A DNA stretch of 63,161 nt, filler included, from Thermodesulfobacteriota bacterium (GCA_036381125.1; 4 parts of 4 records of this genome joined end to end with filler, not necessarily neighbours in it); one strand, 5' to 3'; shown: positions 53,663 through 63,161, counted from the first letter of the whole stretch. Notes: a model not told the origin generated them from the letters alone. Translations and numbers: made by a program.

Positions 53663-54113
53663 GACCGAGACGGTCGCCGCGCTCGTCACCCTCGCCTTCG
53701 GGACCTTCGTCGCCGTCCAGGCCCGCGCCCTCGAGGACCCGGGTCTCGACGCCATCGGGCCGGAGGCGTTCCCGATGGTGCTCGGCCTCGTCATTGCCGC
53801 CTGCGGGGCGGTGCTCCTCGCGCAGTCGCTCGTTCCCGGGCGGCGCGAGGCCGAAGGGGACGCGGAGCCGCCCGCTCGCTGGGGGGCCCTCGCCGCAACC
53901 CTGGCGCTCCTGGTCGCGTACGCCCGGAGCCTCGAGTGGATCGGCTTCCCGCTCGCGACCGTGCTGTTCGTGGGGGCCTGCCTCGCCCTCCTCGGCGCGC
54001 GCGGCCTCGCGCGCTTCGTCGTGGCCGGCATCGCCGTCTCCCTCGCGGTGACGGTGATCTTCGGGCGCCTGCTCGGCGTGGACCTCCCGGCGGGCCGCCT
54101 CTTCGGCGGATAG
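53655..54113 (+). CDS. tctB: tripartite tricarboxylate transporter TctB
   Basis: GPEAFP, four TMs, LGVDLPAG; adjacent to tctA. Confidence 0.82.
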   Translation: MRRTETVAALVTLAFGTFVAVQARALEDPGLDAIGPEAFPMVLGLVIAACGAVLLAQSLVPGRREAEGDAEPPARWGALAATLALLVAYARSLEWIGFPLATVLFVGACLALLGARGLARFVVAGIAVSLAVTVIFGRLLGVDLPAGRLFGG

Positions 54114-54117
54114 CGCC

Positions 54118-55611
54118 GTGGACCTCTTCGGCGCGGTCGCCGACGGCATCCTGCGCTCGCTCACCCCCGCCGGCCTCCTCGCGGTCGTCGTCGGCGTGGC
54201 CTGGGGGATCGTCGCCGGCGCCCTGCCCGGCATCACGGCCTCCATCGGCATGGCGCTGGTCCTCCCCTTCACCTGGGGGGCCGACCCCGACGTCGCCCTC
54301 ATGCTCCTGGCCGGCGTCTACGTCGGCGCCGAGTACGGCGGCTCCATCCCGGCCATCCTGATCCGCGCGCCGGGGGAGCCCTCGAACGCGCCGGCCTCCC
54401 TCGACGGCTACGCCATGCACGTGCGCGGGGAGACCGGTCGCGCGCTCGGCTTCTCGCTCGTCCCGGGGACGATCGCGAGCGTCATCGGCGCCGTGGCCAT
54501 GGTGACGCTCCTCGTGCCGCTGGCGCGCCTCGCGCTCGCCTTCGGGCCGCCCGAGTTCTTCGCCCTCGCGGTCTTCGGCCTCTCGGCGGTGGTCGGCCTC
54601 TCGCGCCGCAGCCTCGCGAAGGGGATCGCCTCGGCCGCCTTCGGGCTCACCCTGGCCATGGTGGGGGTGGACGACCTGTCGGGCGAGGACCGCTTCACCT
54701 TCGGCATCGAGGGGCTCGTCGAGGGGATCCAGACCGTTCCGGTCGTCATCGGCATGCTGGCCCTCTCCGAGGTCTTCGCCGAGATCGACCGGGCGCACGA
54801 GCCCCAGGCGTCGATCAGCACGAAGGTCCGCACGGCGCTGCCGACGCTGATCGAGTACGTCCGCTGCCTGCCGGCGACGCTCCTCGGGACCGCCATCGGC
54901 ATCGTCGTCGGCGTCATGCCGGGGGCCGGCGCCACGGTGGCCTCGTTCCTCGCCTACACCGAGTCGCGCCGCATCTCGAAGGACGGCACCCGGTACGGCG
55001 AGGGGGTGCCGGACGCCATCGCGGCCCCGGAGGCGGCCAACAACGCCGTCGTGCCGACCTCCATGGTGCCGCTCCTGGCCTTCGGCATCCCCGGCTCGAC
55101 CTCCGCCGCGGTCATGATGGGCGCGCTCATCATGCACGGGGTCCGGCCCGGCCCGCAGCTCCTCACGGGGCAGCCGGAGATCGTCCACGCGCTCTTCGGC
55201 GGCCTCCTCACCGCGTCGGTCGCCATGTACCTGCTCGGCCGGCTCTTCATCCGGCCCTGGATCTACATCGTCAACGTCCCGAAGGTCTACATGATCACCT
55301 CGATCCTCGTCCTCGTCGTGGTCGGGATCCTCGGCCTCGAGCTGGGCGTCTTCGAGGTGTACATGGTGCTCGTCGCCGGCGTCGTCGGCTTCCTGATGCA
55401 GCGCTACGGCTACAACGTGGTGGCCGCCGTGCTCGGCCTCGTCCTCGGGCCCCTCGTCGAGCAGAACCTCCGCCGCGCGCTCGTCATGTCGCGGGGCAGC
55501 GCCGACATCTTCGTCGAGCGCCCCATCGCCCTCGCGCTGCTCGTCCTCGCGGCCGCGTCCATTGCCTACCCGCTCGTCGTCGATCGGGTGAAACGAAGGA
55601 GAAGCCCATGA
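54118..55611 (+). CDS. tctA: tripartite tricarboxylate transporter TctA
   Basis: GALPG, YGGSIPAIL..PG, APEAANNA and LAFGIPGS. Confidence 0.92.
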   Translation: MDLFGAVADGILRSLTPAGLLAVVVGVAWGIVAGALPGITASIGMALVLPFTWGADPDVALMLLAGVYVGAEYGGSIPAILIRAPGEPSNAPASLDGYAMHVRGETGRALGFSLVPGTIASVIGAVAMVTLLVPLARLALAFGPPEFFALAVFGLSAVVGLSRRSLAKGIASAAFGLTLAMVGVDDLSGEDRFTFGIEGLVEGIQTVPVVIGMLALSEVFAEIDRAHEPQASISTKVRTALPTLIEYVRCLPATLLGTAIGIVVGVMPGAGATVASFLAYTESRRISKDGTRYGEGVPDAIAAPEAANNAVVPTSMVPLLAFGIPGSTSAAVMMGALIMHGVRPGPQLLTGQPEIVHALFGGLLTASVAMYLLGRLFIRPWIYIVNVPKVYMITSILVLVVVGILGLELGVFEVYMVLVAGVVGFLMQRYGYNVVAAVLGLVLGPLVEQNLRRALVMSRGSADIFVERPIALALLVLAAASIAYPLVVDRVKRRRSP

Positions 55612-56570
55612 TCCGCACCGTCGTGCTCCTCGTCGCCCTCCTCGCGCCCGGCCTCGTTCGTGCGGCCGAGCCGTACCCGTCGAAGCCGATCGAGTTCGTG
55701 ACGCAGTCGTCCGTCGGCGGCGGCGGCGACGTCATGGCGCGCCAGATCATCGAGGCGACCAAGGACCTGATCCCGCAGCCCATGGTCGTGGTGAACAAGC
55801 CCGGCGCGGGCGGCCGGAACCTGGAGAACTACGTCAAGGACAAGAAGCCGGACGGCCACACGCTCGTCGTCACGACCGCGACGAGCATCCTCTGGTACTA
55901 CACCGGCGCGCTCACGTACAGCGTGAACCGGGACCTCGAGCCGATCATCCGGCTGCAGGTCGAGCCGAACCTGGTCGCCGTGAAGGGCGACTCGAAGTGG
56001 AAGACCATGGAGGACCTCATCGCCGACGCGAAGGCCGGCAAGGTCACCTTCGGCGGCGGGCCGATCGGCGGCCCGGAGCACCTCTTCTTCCACAAGCTCG
56101 CCAGGGACCACGGGTTCAGGCTGAACTACGTCGCCTACGGCGGCGGCGGCGAGGCCGGCACGTCGCTGCTCGGCGGCAACATCGACGCGACCTTCCTGCA
56201 GGCCTCCGAGTCGCTCGACCACGTCCGCTCGGGAGGCATCCGCTACCTCGCCGTCGCGTCGGCGAAGCGGGTCGCCGACATCCCCGAGCTCAAGGACGTC
56301 CCGACCCTGCGCGAGCAGGGGGTCGACTTCGTCTTCGAGCACTGGCGAGGGATCCACGCGCCGGCCGGGGTGCCGGCCGAGGTGGTCGAGTACCTCCACG
56401 CGCGCTTCAAGCAGGGGTCCGAGCGGGAGTCGTGGAAGAAGTGGCTCACCGACACCGCCCAGCTCGGCGGCTACCTGAACCCGTCGGACTTCAAGGCGTT
56501 CACCCTCGAGCAGGACCGGCTCATCGAGCAGATCACGACCGACGCCGGCCTCAACAAGAAGAAGAAGTAG
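55608..56570 (+). CDS. tctC: tripartite tricarboxylate transporter substrate-binding protein TctC/Bug
   Basis: YPSKPIEFV, VVNKPGAGG, YGGGGE..LLGG, DVPTLREQG and WRGIHAPAG. Confidence 0.92.
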   Translation: MIRTVVLLVALLAPGLVRAAEPYPSKPIEFVTQSSVGGGGDVMARQIIEATKDLIPQPMVVVNKPGAGGRNLENYVKDKKPDGHTLVVTTATSILWYYTGALTYSVNRDLEPIIRLQVEPNLVAVKGDSKWKTMEDLIADAKAGKVTFGGGPIGGPEHLFFHKLARDHGFRLNYVAYGGGGEAGTSLLGGNIDATFLQASESLDHVRSGGIRYLAVASAKRVADIPELKDVPTLREQGVDFVFEHWRGIHAPAGVPAEVVEYLHARFKQGSERESWKKWLTDTAQLGGYLNPSDFKAFTLEQDRLIEQITTDAGLNKKKK

Positions 56571-56572
56571 CC

Positions 56573-57448
56573 ATGCCGGCTCGCGACCGCGGCGCGATCC
56601 GGCGCCTCCTCGAGCAGGGACGGGTGACGCGCATCCCGTGCGCCTACGACGGCTTCTCGGCGAGGATCGCCGAGCAGGCCGGCTTCCCCGCCGTCGCCCT
56701 CTCGGGCAACGCCGTGTCGGGGAGCATCCTCGGGCTGCCCGACATCGGGGTCATGGGGATGTGGGAGAACGTGGCGCACTGCGGGCGGATCGCCCGCAGC
56801 CTCCGGGTGCCGCTCGTCTGCGACGCCGACACCGGCTACGGCGGCGTCACGAGCGTCGTCCGCACCGTCCGGGAGTTCGAGGCGGCCGGCGTGGCGGCGA
56901 TCCACATCGAGGACCAGGTGACGCCGAAGCGGTGCGGGATCCTCCCGCAGGGGATCCCGGTCGTCTCGCAGGCCGAGCACGTCGCGAAGATCCGGGCGGC
57001 GGTGGGGGCGCGCGAGAGCCGCGACTTCCTCGTCATCGCCCGCACCGACGCGAAGTCGATGCACGGCCTCGAGGAGGCCTGCCGCCGGGCGCGCGCCTAC
57101 ATCGAGGCCGGCGCCGACGCCGCGATGGTCGTCGGCGCCAACACGCCCGATGAGCTGCGCTACGCCGCGTCGGTCGTCCGCGCGCCGCTCGTGGCGGTCA
57201 TCCACGAGACGCCGCCCACGACGGAACTGACCGACGATCTCCTGAACGAGGTCGGCTGCGCCTTCGCGGTCCACGCCGGCGTCATGCGGTACGCCGTCGT
57301 GAAGACGCTCCGGACGGTGGCCGAGGCGCTCCGGAAGGACGGCAGCACGGCCCGCGTCCGGGACATGATGGCGACCTTCGAGGAGTACAACGCCGTCCTC
57401 GGCATGGACGAGTGGCTCGCCCTCGAGCGCAAGCACCTCGATACGTAA
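56573..57448 (+). CDS. isocitrate lyase/PEP mutase superfamily C-C lyase (PrpB/Dml-like)
   Basis: AYDGFSA, DADTGYG, IHIEDQVTPKRCG and IARTDA. Confidence 0.9.
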   Translation: MPARDRGAIRRLLEQGRVTRIPCAYDGFSARIAEQAGFPAVALSGNAVSGSILGLPDIGVMGMWENVAHCGRIARSLRVPLVCDADTGYGGVTSVVRTVREFEAAGVAAIHIEDQVTPKRCGILPQGIPVVSQAEHVAKIRAAVGARESRDFLVIARTDAKSMHGLEEACRRARAYIEAGADAAMVVGANTPDELRYAASVVRAPLVAVIHETPPTTELTDDLLNEVGCAFAVHAGVMRYAVVKTLRTVAEALRKDGSTARVRDMMATFEEYNAVLGMDEWLALERKHLDT

Positions 57449-57471
57449 GGACCGCGCGTTCCCGCCAGGGA

Positions 57472-57564
57472 GGGTCAGGCCTCTGGCGCGGGGGTCAGGT
57501 CTCTACCTTTTCCGAAGGAAAATGGAAAGACCTGACCCCCTGGAAAATGGAAAGACCTGACCCC
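57472..57564. repeat. REP/REPIN-like nested inverted-repeat element (second full copy)
   Basis: GGGTCAGGCC..GGGGTCAGGTCTCTACCTTTTCC-GAA-GGAAAATGGAAAGACCTGACCCC with a duplicated right arm, between convergent genes. Confidence 0.85.
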
Positions 57565-57567
57565 GCC

Positions 57568-58119
57568 CTACGCGGTGAGGCTGTCGGGCGCGAGGAAGGC
57601 GTCCATGTCGCCCGCGTGCCCCTCGAGCCGCGCGAGGAGCCGGTCGAGCAGGTGGCGCGTCGCGTGCTCCCTCAGGTCGAGCGCGCGCGTGATCCGGTCC
57701 CTCAGGTTCTCGATCACCCCCTGCAGGAGCGTCCGGTCGGCGGTGAGTCGCGCCCGGACGCCGCGGCCGCGCGCCTCGTCGACCGTCGGCTCGACGGCGG
57801 CCGCCTGCTGGATGGCCGCGGCCGTCTCGGGCGGCGTGCCGCCGAGGTCGGCCAGCCGCTCGGCCGCCTCGTCGACCCCCTTGAGGAGGTCGGCCGCGAC
57901 CTCGTCGAGGAAGAGGTGCAGGTCGCGGTACTCCGCCCCCTCCACCGTCCAGTGGTGCCCCTTGATCTGCAGGTACGCGGTGTAGAGGTCCCCCGCGGTC
58001 GCGGCGAGCAGCCCGCGGACCTCCTCTGCCACCTCGGGCGCGAGCCCGAGCGGCGCCCTGGCGCCGGCCTGCGCCGGCTTGCGCCCATCGACCCTCTTGA
58101 TCGTCTCCGAATTGGCCAT
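57568..58119 (-). CDS. dps: Dps family ferritin-like protein
   Basis: KGHHWTVEGAEYRDLHLFLDE...DEAAERLADLGG. Confidence 0.88.
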   Translation of the reverse strand: MANSETIKRVDGRKPAQAGARAPLGLAPEVAEEVRGLLAATAGDLYTAYLQIKGHHWTVEGAEYRDLHLFLDEVAADLLKGVDEAAERLADLGGTPPETAAAIQQAAAVEPTVDEARGRGVRARLTADRTLLQGVIENLRDRITRALDLREHATRHLLDRLLARLEGHAGDMDAFLAPDSLTA

Positions 58120-58146
58120 TGCGACTCTCCTTTCTGCGTTGTCTGT

Positions 58147-59415
58147 CTATCGAAGCGTCCAGACCAGCATCACGGCGTTCAGCCCCACGAGCGCGACGAC
58201 GACCGCCGCCGCAGCCATCCGCGTGCCGCGCCCGTTGCGGAGCGCGCCCATCACGTCCCCCCGATTCGTCAGGAGGACGAGCGGCACGACCGTGAAGGGG
58301 AGCTGGAGGCTCAGCACGACCTGGCTGAGGACGAGCGCGTGCAGCGGATCGAGCCCCCACGCGATCACCGCCAGCGCCGGGACCATGGTGATGACGCGGC
58401 GCAGCCAGAGCGGGATGCGGACCTCGAGGAAGCCCTCGAGGATCATCTGGCCGGCCAGCGTGCCGGTCGCCGAGGAGGCGAGCCCCGAGCAGAGGAGCGC
58501 CACGGCGAAGGCGAGCCCCGCCGCGCCGCCGAGCAACGGGACGAGCGTGCGGTGGGCCTCGCCGATCGACGCGACCGACAGGCCGTTGGCGTGGAAGGCC
58601 GCGGCCGACATGACCAGGATCGCCGAGTTGACGAGCCAGGCGACGTTCAGCGCCATGACCGAGTCGGCGACCGCGAACCGGTAGGTCGTCCGGTTGCGCT
58701 CGGGGTCCGCCGCCCGCCGGCTCAGGATCAGGCCGGAGTGGAGGAAGAGGTTGTGCGGCATGACCGTGGCGCCGAGGATCCCCACCGCGACGACGACGCT
58801 CTCCGGCGTGAGCGTCGGGCGGACGAAGCTCCGGCCGATCTCGGCCCAGTCGGGCGCGACGAGGCTGATCTCGTAGAGGTAGGCCAGGCCGATCAGCGAC
58901 ACGAAGGCGCCGATCGCGAACTCGACCGCGCGCACGCCGTATCGGTAGAGGCCGAGGGTCGCCATGACGACGATCCCCGTCAGCGCGGCGCCGGCCCAGA
59001 GCGGCAGCCCGAAGAGCAGGTGGAAGGCGATCGCGCCGCCGAGGATCTCGGCGAGGTCGGTCGCCATGACCGCGACCTCCGCGGCCGCCCAGAGCCCCAG
59101 GGCGACCGGACGGGACATGTGCGCGCGGCAGTTCTCGGCGAGCGTCCGGCCGGTGGCGAGGCCGAGCTTGGCGGCCAGGCTCTGCAGGAAGATCGCCACC
59201 ACGTTCGAGACGAGGATGACCCAGAGGAGCTGGTAGCCGAACCGGGCGCCCCCCTCGATGTCGGTCCCCCAGTTGCCGGGGTCCATGTACCCGACGCTCA
59301 CGAGGGCCGCCGGCCCCGCCACGCGCCAGAACTCGCGCGAGAAGAACGCCGCCCACGGCCGTCGGCCGAGAGCCGCTCCCCCCGCGTGGACGATGTCAGT
59401 GGCGCTGCCGTGCAT
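58147..59415 (-). CDS. mntH: Nramp family Mn2+/Fe2+ transporter
   Basis: GYMDPGNW, ILGATVMPHNLFLHS, GTLAGQ and SQVVLS. Confidence 0.93.
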   Translation of the reverse strand: MHGSATDIVHAGGAALGRRPWAAFFSREFWRVAGPAALVSVGYMDPGNWGTDIEGGARFGYQLLWVILVSNVVAIFLQSLAAKLGLATGRTLAENCRAHMSRPVALGLWAAAEVAVMATDLAEILGGAIAFHLLFGLPLWAGAALTGIVVMATLGLYRYGVRAVEFAIGAFVSLIGLAYLYEISLVAPDWAEIGRSFVRPTLTPESVVVAVGILGATVMPHNLFLHSGLILSRRAADPERNRTTYRFAVADSVMALNVAWLVNSAILVMSAAAFHANGLSVASIGEAHRTLVPLLGGAAGLAFAVALLCSGLASSATGTLAGQMILEGFLEVRIPLWLRRVITMVPALAVIAWGLDPLHALVLSQVVLSLQLPFTVVPLVLLTNRGDVMGALRNGRGTRMAAAAVVVALVGLNAVMLVWTLR

Positions 59416-59438
59416 CCGGTTCTCTCTCACTCTCTTGA

Positions 59439-59453
59439 AAGTAATAATTACTA
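59439..59453. promoter_or_regulatory. Fur/PerR-type operator upstream of mntH
   Basis: AT-rich palindrome AGTAAT-A-ATTACT. Confidence 0.7.
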
Positions 59454-59482
59454 TCGATCACCGGCCCCAAAAAACGACGCGG

Positions 59483-59917
59483 CTACCTTCCCTGCTGGCA
59501 GAGACCGCACTCGCCGAGCACCTCGAGGCGCAGCTCCGTCGGCCGGAACCCCTTGAGCTCGGCGCCGCGCAGCCAGCCGGAATCGGGCGCGAGGTCCAGG
59601 TCGTCGATCCGCCCGCACCGCACGCAGCGCGCGTGCGAGTGCTCGTCGGTGCGGATGTCGTACCGCGCCGAGGCGTCCCCGTACGTGAACTTGCTCGCGA
59701 GGCCGCAGTCGACGAGGAGCTCGAGCGACTTGTAGACCGTGGCGAGGCTCACGCGCGGCACCGTTTCCTTGACCGCCAGGTAGACCTCCTCGGCCGTCGG
59801 GTGGTGGTGGACGCGCCTGAGGTACTCGTACACCGCCTCGCGCTGGGGCGTCAGCCGCTGGTCGCGCGCCTCGAGACGCGCGCGAACCTCGTGCATCGGT
59901 GCTCCGCTTCCCGACAT
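59483..59917 (-). CDS. Fur-family regulator (PerR-like)
   Basis: RLTPQR, HPTAEEVY, SLATVYKSL, HSHARCVRCG and CGLC. Confidence 0.9.
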   Translation of the reverse strand: MSGSGAPMHEVRARLEARDQRLTPQREAVYEYLRRVHHHPTAEEVYLAVKETVPRVSLATVYKSLELLVDCGLASKFTYGDASARYDIRTDEHSHARCVRCGRIDDLDLAPDSGWLRGAELKGFRPTELRLEVLGECGLCQQGR

Positions 59918-59923
59918 GGCCAG

Positions 59924-59965
59924 ACGATAACCCGGAGGCGATGGCTTGTCAAGAATAATTATTAG
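59924..59965 (-). promoter_or_regulatory. sigma70 promoter (probably leaderless) with adjacent Fur/PerR-type box
   Basis: TTGACA-N17-TATCGT followed 6 nt later by the ATG. The palindrome AATAATTATT (59954-59963) abuts the -35. Confidence 0.7.
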
Positions 59966-59968
59966 TAT

Positions 59969-60786
59969 CTACTCAGCCGTGACGCCGGGCGCCGAGACGG
60001 CAGGCTCGATCTCGAACCGGATCCGCCGCCCCGCCTCGCGCAGCGCCGCCTCGACCGCCTCGGGCGTCTCCCCGCGTGCGAAGACGAAGCCGGCGTACTG
60101 CGCTCCCTCGGGGAGCGGGACGAGCGCCTGGCCGACGTGGGCCGTGATCGACACCTCGGTCACGCCCGGCACCTCGCGCGCCTCGGCGACGCCGTGGATC
60201 GCCTCGAGCCGGCCGGCGCTCGGGGGGTTCAGCATCAGGACGCCCGACGGCCGCTGCTCCCGCACGGGGGGCGCCAGCTCCCGGCCGAGCGCCTGGAGGA
60301 GGATCAGCTCCTCGAGCGTGTAGCCGGACTCGAAGCGGAGCGCCCGCGAGCAGTGGCCGCCGATGGAGCGCGCCGCCACCTCGAGGATCCAGGCGCCGGC
60401 GTCGTTCACCCGCAGCTCCGCGTGCACCGGCCCGTCGTGGAGCCCGAGCGCCGCCGCCGCCCGCCCGACCGCCGCGTCGATGTCCGCCTGCACCCGCGCC
60501 GGCAGCCGTGACGGCGTCACGTAGATCGTCTCGGGGAAGAACGGCCCGTCCATCGGGTCGGGCTTGTCGAAGAGGGCGAGCCTGAGGAGACGGCCGGCGA
60601 GGAGGAGCCCCTCGAGCGCGACCTCGCGGCCGGGCACGAACCGCTCGACCAGCAGCTCGCGCGCCGGCGCGCCGCAGGCGGCCACCTCGGGGTCCTCGAG
60701 GATACGGCCCACGCGCCGGTACGCCGCGGCGAAGGACGCGTCGTCGTCGGCCCGGATGACCCCCCGCGAGGCCGCGAGGACGAGCG
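59969..60786 (-). CDS. ATP-grasp domain protein, C-terminal part (contig edge)
   Basis: LAASRGVIRADD, VERFVPGREVALEG, LFDKPDP and HAELR..LEVAARSIGG. Confidence 0.85.
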
Positions 60787-60886
60787 NNNNNNNNNNNNNN
60801 NNNNNNNNNNNNNNNNNNNNNNNNNNNNNNTTAATTAATTAANNNNNNNNNNNNNNNNNNNNNNNNNNNNNNNNNNNNNNNNNNNN
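60787..60886. other. assembly spacer (contig join)
   Basis: N run with the TTAATTAATTAA linker. Confidence 0.99.
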
Positions 60887-60907
60887 ACCGCTCGCCTTGC
60901 AGGCGGC

Positions 60908-61717
60908 TCATGCCGCCTCCAGGACCCGCAAGTAATAGTAGACGAGCGGGGCCACGAAGAGGAACGAGTCGAGGCGGTCGAGGAGGCCGCCGTGGCCCGG
61001 CAGCAGGCCGCCCGAGTCCTTGACGCCGGCGCCCCGCTTGAGGAGCGACTCGCACAGGTCCCCGAGCTGGCCCACGACCGCGGCGACGACGCCGAGGACG
61101 AGGACGTGGCGGACCGGGACGTCCGGCAGGAGCCACGCGCGGACGAGCAGCGCGGCGGCGACCGTCCCGACGAGCCCCGCCGCCGCCCCTTCCCAGGTCT
61201 TCCCGGGGCTCACGGCGGGGTAGAGCTTGCGCCGGCCGAGGGACTTGCCGCCGTAATAGGCCGCGGTGTCGCCGCCCCACGCGGCCGCCAGGGCGAGCAG
61301 CACCGCCCCGGGGCCGAGGTGGTCCGGCATCGCGCGGGCGAGCACGGCGTGGGACAGCAGCACGGGGCCGTAGACGAGGCCGAACACGAGGAGCCCCACC
61401 CGCTCGGCCGCCGACCGGGCCGCCTCCGGCCGGAAGAGCGCGTAGAGGAAGACGGCGAAGGTGGACCCGGTCAGCATGGCCAGGACCGCCGCCGGCTCCC
61501 CCGTGACGGCGGCAAGGCTCGTGACGAGGCCGAAGATCACGGCGGCGCGCCACTCGGCCGTCGGGAGCCGGGCGGCGTGGAGCCGGTAGAACTCCACCTG
61601 CACGCCGGCCGCCGCGACCGCGACGGCGCAGCCGAACGCCCAGAGCGGCGCCAGGAACAGGACCGCCAGGAGGAGCGGCAGCCCGATCAGGGCGACGACG
61701 ACACGCTTGCGGTGCAC
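60908..61717 (-). CDS. cdsA: phosphatidate cytidylyltransferase
   Basis: DTAAYYGG, SPGKTWEG and GDLCESLLKRGAGVKDSG.LLPGHGGLLDRLDS. Confidence 0.95.
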   Translation of the reverse strand: MHRKRVVVALIGLPLLLAVLFLAPLWAFGCAVAVAAAGVQVEFYRLHAARLPTAEWRAAVIFGLVTSLAAVTGEPAAVLAMLTGSTFAVFLYALFRPEAARSAAERVGLLVFGLVYGPVLLSHAVLARAMPDHLGPGAVLLALAAAWGGDTAAYYGGKSLGRRKLYPAVSPGKTWEGAAAGLVGTVAAALLVRAWLLPDVPVRHVLVLGVVAAVVGQLGDLCESLLKRGAGVKDSGGLLPGHGGLLDRLDSFLFVAPLVYYYLRVLEAA

Positions 61718-61734
61718 GCCGGAGCGCCCCGCGG

Positions 61735-62499
61735 CTATCGGGGCGAGGCGGCCAGGTCGCCCGCGAGCTGCTGGCTCGTCTGGCCGAACCGGCGCTCGCG
61801 ACGCTGGAAGTCGGCGAGCGCCTCGATGAGGTCGCCCCGGCGGAAGTCGGGCCAGAGCGTGGGCGTGACGTAGATCTCCGTGTAGGCGAGCTGCCAGAGG
61901 AGGAAGTTCGAGAGCCGGAACTCGCCGCTGGTGCGCACCAGGAAGTCCGGATCGGGCAGGCCGGCCGTGTCGAGGTACGCCGAGAGCAGCTCCTCGGTGA
62001 TGACGGACGGCTCGGACAGCCGGCCGCCCTGGGCCAGGTCGGCCACGAGCCGCCGGACGGCGTGGACGATCTCCGAGCGGCCGCCGTAGGAGAGGGCGAC
62101 GTTGAGGATCATGCCGTCGTTGCCCTTCGTCCGCTCGACCGCCTCCTCGAGGATCGCCCGGACGTCGGGCGGCAGGTCGCCGAGCCGGCCGATCGCGGTC
62201 AGGCGGATGTTGTGCTCGAGGAGTTCCGAGAGCTGCTCGCGCAGGTGGACGCGGAGGAGGTCCATGAGGGCCGCCACCTCCTCCGGCGGCCGGCGCCAGT
62301 TCTCCGACGAGAAGGCGAACAGGGTGAGGACCGGGATCCCGAGTTCTCGCGAGGTCCGGATGACCTCCTTGGCCGCCTCGAGTCCCCGCTGGTGGCCACG
62401 GATCCGGGAGAGCGCCCGCGCCGTGGCCCACCGGCCGTTGCCATCCATGATGATGGCCAGGTGACGCGGCAGCCGGCTCGGGTCGAGCTGGACTTCCAT
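61735..62499 (-). CDS. uppS: undecaprenyl diphosphate synthase
   Basis: HLAIIMDGNGRWA, FSSENWRRP and RTSGEFRLSNFLLWQ. Confidence 0.97.
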   Translation of the reverse strand: MEVQLDPSRLPRHLAIIMDGNGRWATARALSRIRGHQRGLEAAKEVIRTSRELGIPVLTLFAFSSENWRRPPEEVAALMDLLRVHLREQLSELLEHNIRLTAIGRLGDLPPDVRAILEEAVERTKGNDGMILNVALSYGGRSEIVHAVRRLVADLAQGGRLSEPSVITEELLSAYLDTAGLPDPDFLVRTSGEFRLSNFLLWQLAYTEIYVTPTLWPDFRRGDLIEALADFQRRERRFGQTSQQLAGDLAASPR

Positions 62500-63056
62500 C
62501 AGACCTCCATCAGCTCCTTCTCTTTGGCCGCGAGCGTCTCGGCGATGCGGCTCGTGTAGAGGTCGACCACCTTCTGGACCTCGTCGCGCGCCTTGCGGTG
62601 CTCGTCCTCGGAGACGGCCTTCTCCTTCTCGAGGTCCTTCAGCATGTCGAGCGCCTCGTGCCGCGCGTTGCGGATCGCGACGCGGCCGGTCTCGGCCATC
62701 CGGTGGAGCACCTTGGCCAGCTCCCGGCGGCGCTCCTCGGTGAGGGGCGGCACCGGCAGGCGGATCAGCTTGCCGTCGTTGGACGGCGTGAGGCCGAGGC
62801 CCGACTTCTGGATGGCCTTCTCGATCTCCGGAAGCGCCTTCTGGTCCCAGGGCTCGATGACGATCAACCGCGCGTCGGCGACCCGCATCGTCGCGACCTG
62901 GTTGATCGGCATCTGCGAGCCGTAGTAGTCGACCCGGACGTGGTCGAGGATCGAGAGCGAGGCGCGCCCCGTGCGCACCGTCGCGAACTCCTTGCGCAGC
63001 GCCTCGAGCGCCTTCTCGCAGCTCTTCCTGAGGTCGGCGAGGACGTCGTTGACCAT
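62499..63056 (-). CDS. frr: ribosome recycling factor
   Basis: VRTGRAS, DYYG, PPLTEERR and RVAIRNAR. Confidence 0.97.
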   Translation of the reverse strand: MVNDVLADLRKSCEKALEALRKEFATVRTGRASLSILDHVRVDYYGSQMPINQVATMRVADARLIVIEPWDQKALPEIEKAIQKSGLGLTPSNDGKLIRLPVPPLTEERRRELAKVLHRMAETGRVAIRNARHEALDMLKDLEKEKAVSEDEHRKARDEVQKVVDLYTSRIAETLAAKEKELMEV

Positions 63057-63059
63057 GAC

Positions 63060-63161
63060 CTACCCCCGGACGACCGTACCGATCCGCTGGCCGGTGACGA
63101 CGCGCCGGATGTTCCCCGGCCCGCTCAGGTCGAAGACCACGATCGGCATGTTGTTGTCCAT
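63060..63161 (-). CDS. pyrH: UMP kinase, C-terminal end
   Basis: [28 protein letters not shown], in canonical pyrH-frr synteny. Confidence 0.9.
   Translation of the reverse strand: MDNNMPIVVFDLSGPGNIRRVVTGQRIGTVVRG

Noticed and set aside
60887-60911. Start of a gene after cdsA (dxr expected by synteny)
   Set aside because: Only 8 codons are visible before the gap, which is too little to identify.

Overview
This is a very GC-rich bacterial draft or MAG sequence. It consists of four unlinked contigs joined by N/TTAATTAATTAA spacers (16059-16158, 38258-38357, 60787-60886). Contig 1 carries a sigma54 activator, an MFS transporter, an ssuACB-type ABC transporter with osmC, srkA, a PAS-repeat/histidine-kinase signalling cluster and an SBP56 (SELENBP1-like) gene with a membrane partner. 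Contig 2 carries a mosaic of gene fragments, a rhodanese gene with an in-frame UGA, a frameshifted repeat lipoprotein, assorted enzymes and transporters, sdhCAB, pgm and glgP. Contig 3 carries an imuA-imuB mutagenesis cassette with an extra RadA-like gene, interrupted by an antisense vapBC module. It also holds a sigma54-controlled NHLP-like/RND operon, a leuCD-like/tctBAC/lyase catabolic operon and fur-mntH-dps. Contig 4 carries pyrH-frr-uppS-cdsA. The main signals not captured by the ORF track are a probable rhodanese selenoprotein with a SECIS-like hairpin and a Met/Cys-rich leader peptide upstream of the sulfonate transporter. Others are a palindromic operator on a near-consensus promoter of the DNA-damage cassette, a hidden second antitoxin-like peptide, a His-layered coiled-coil kinase coupled to a PAS-only protein, and a dispersed REP-like element. 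All assignments come from reading motifs by eye; no database searches were run.
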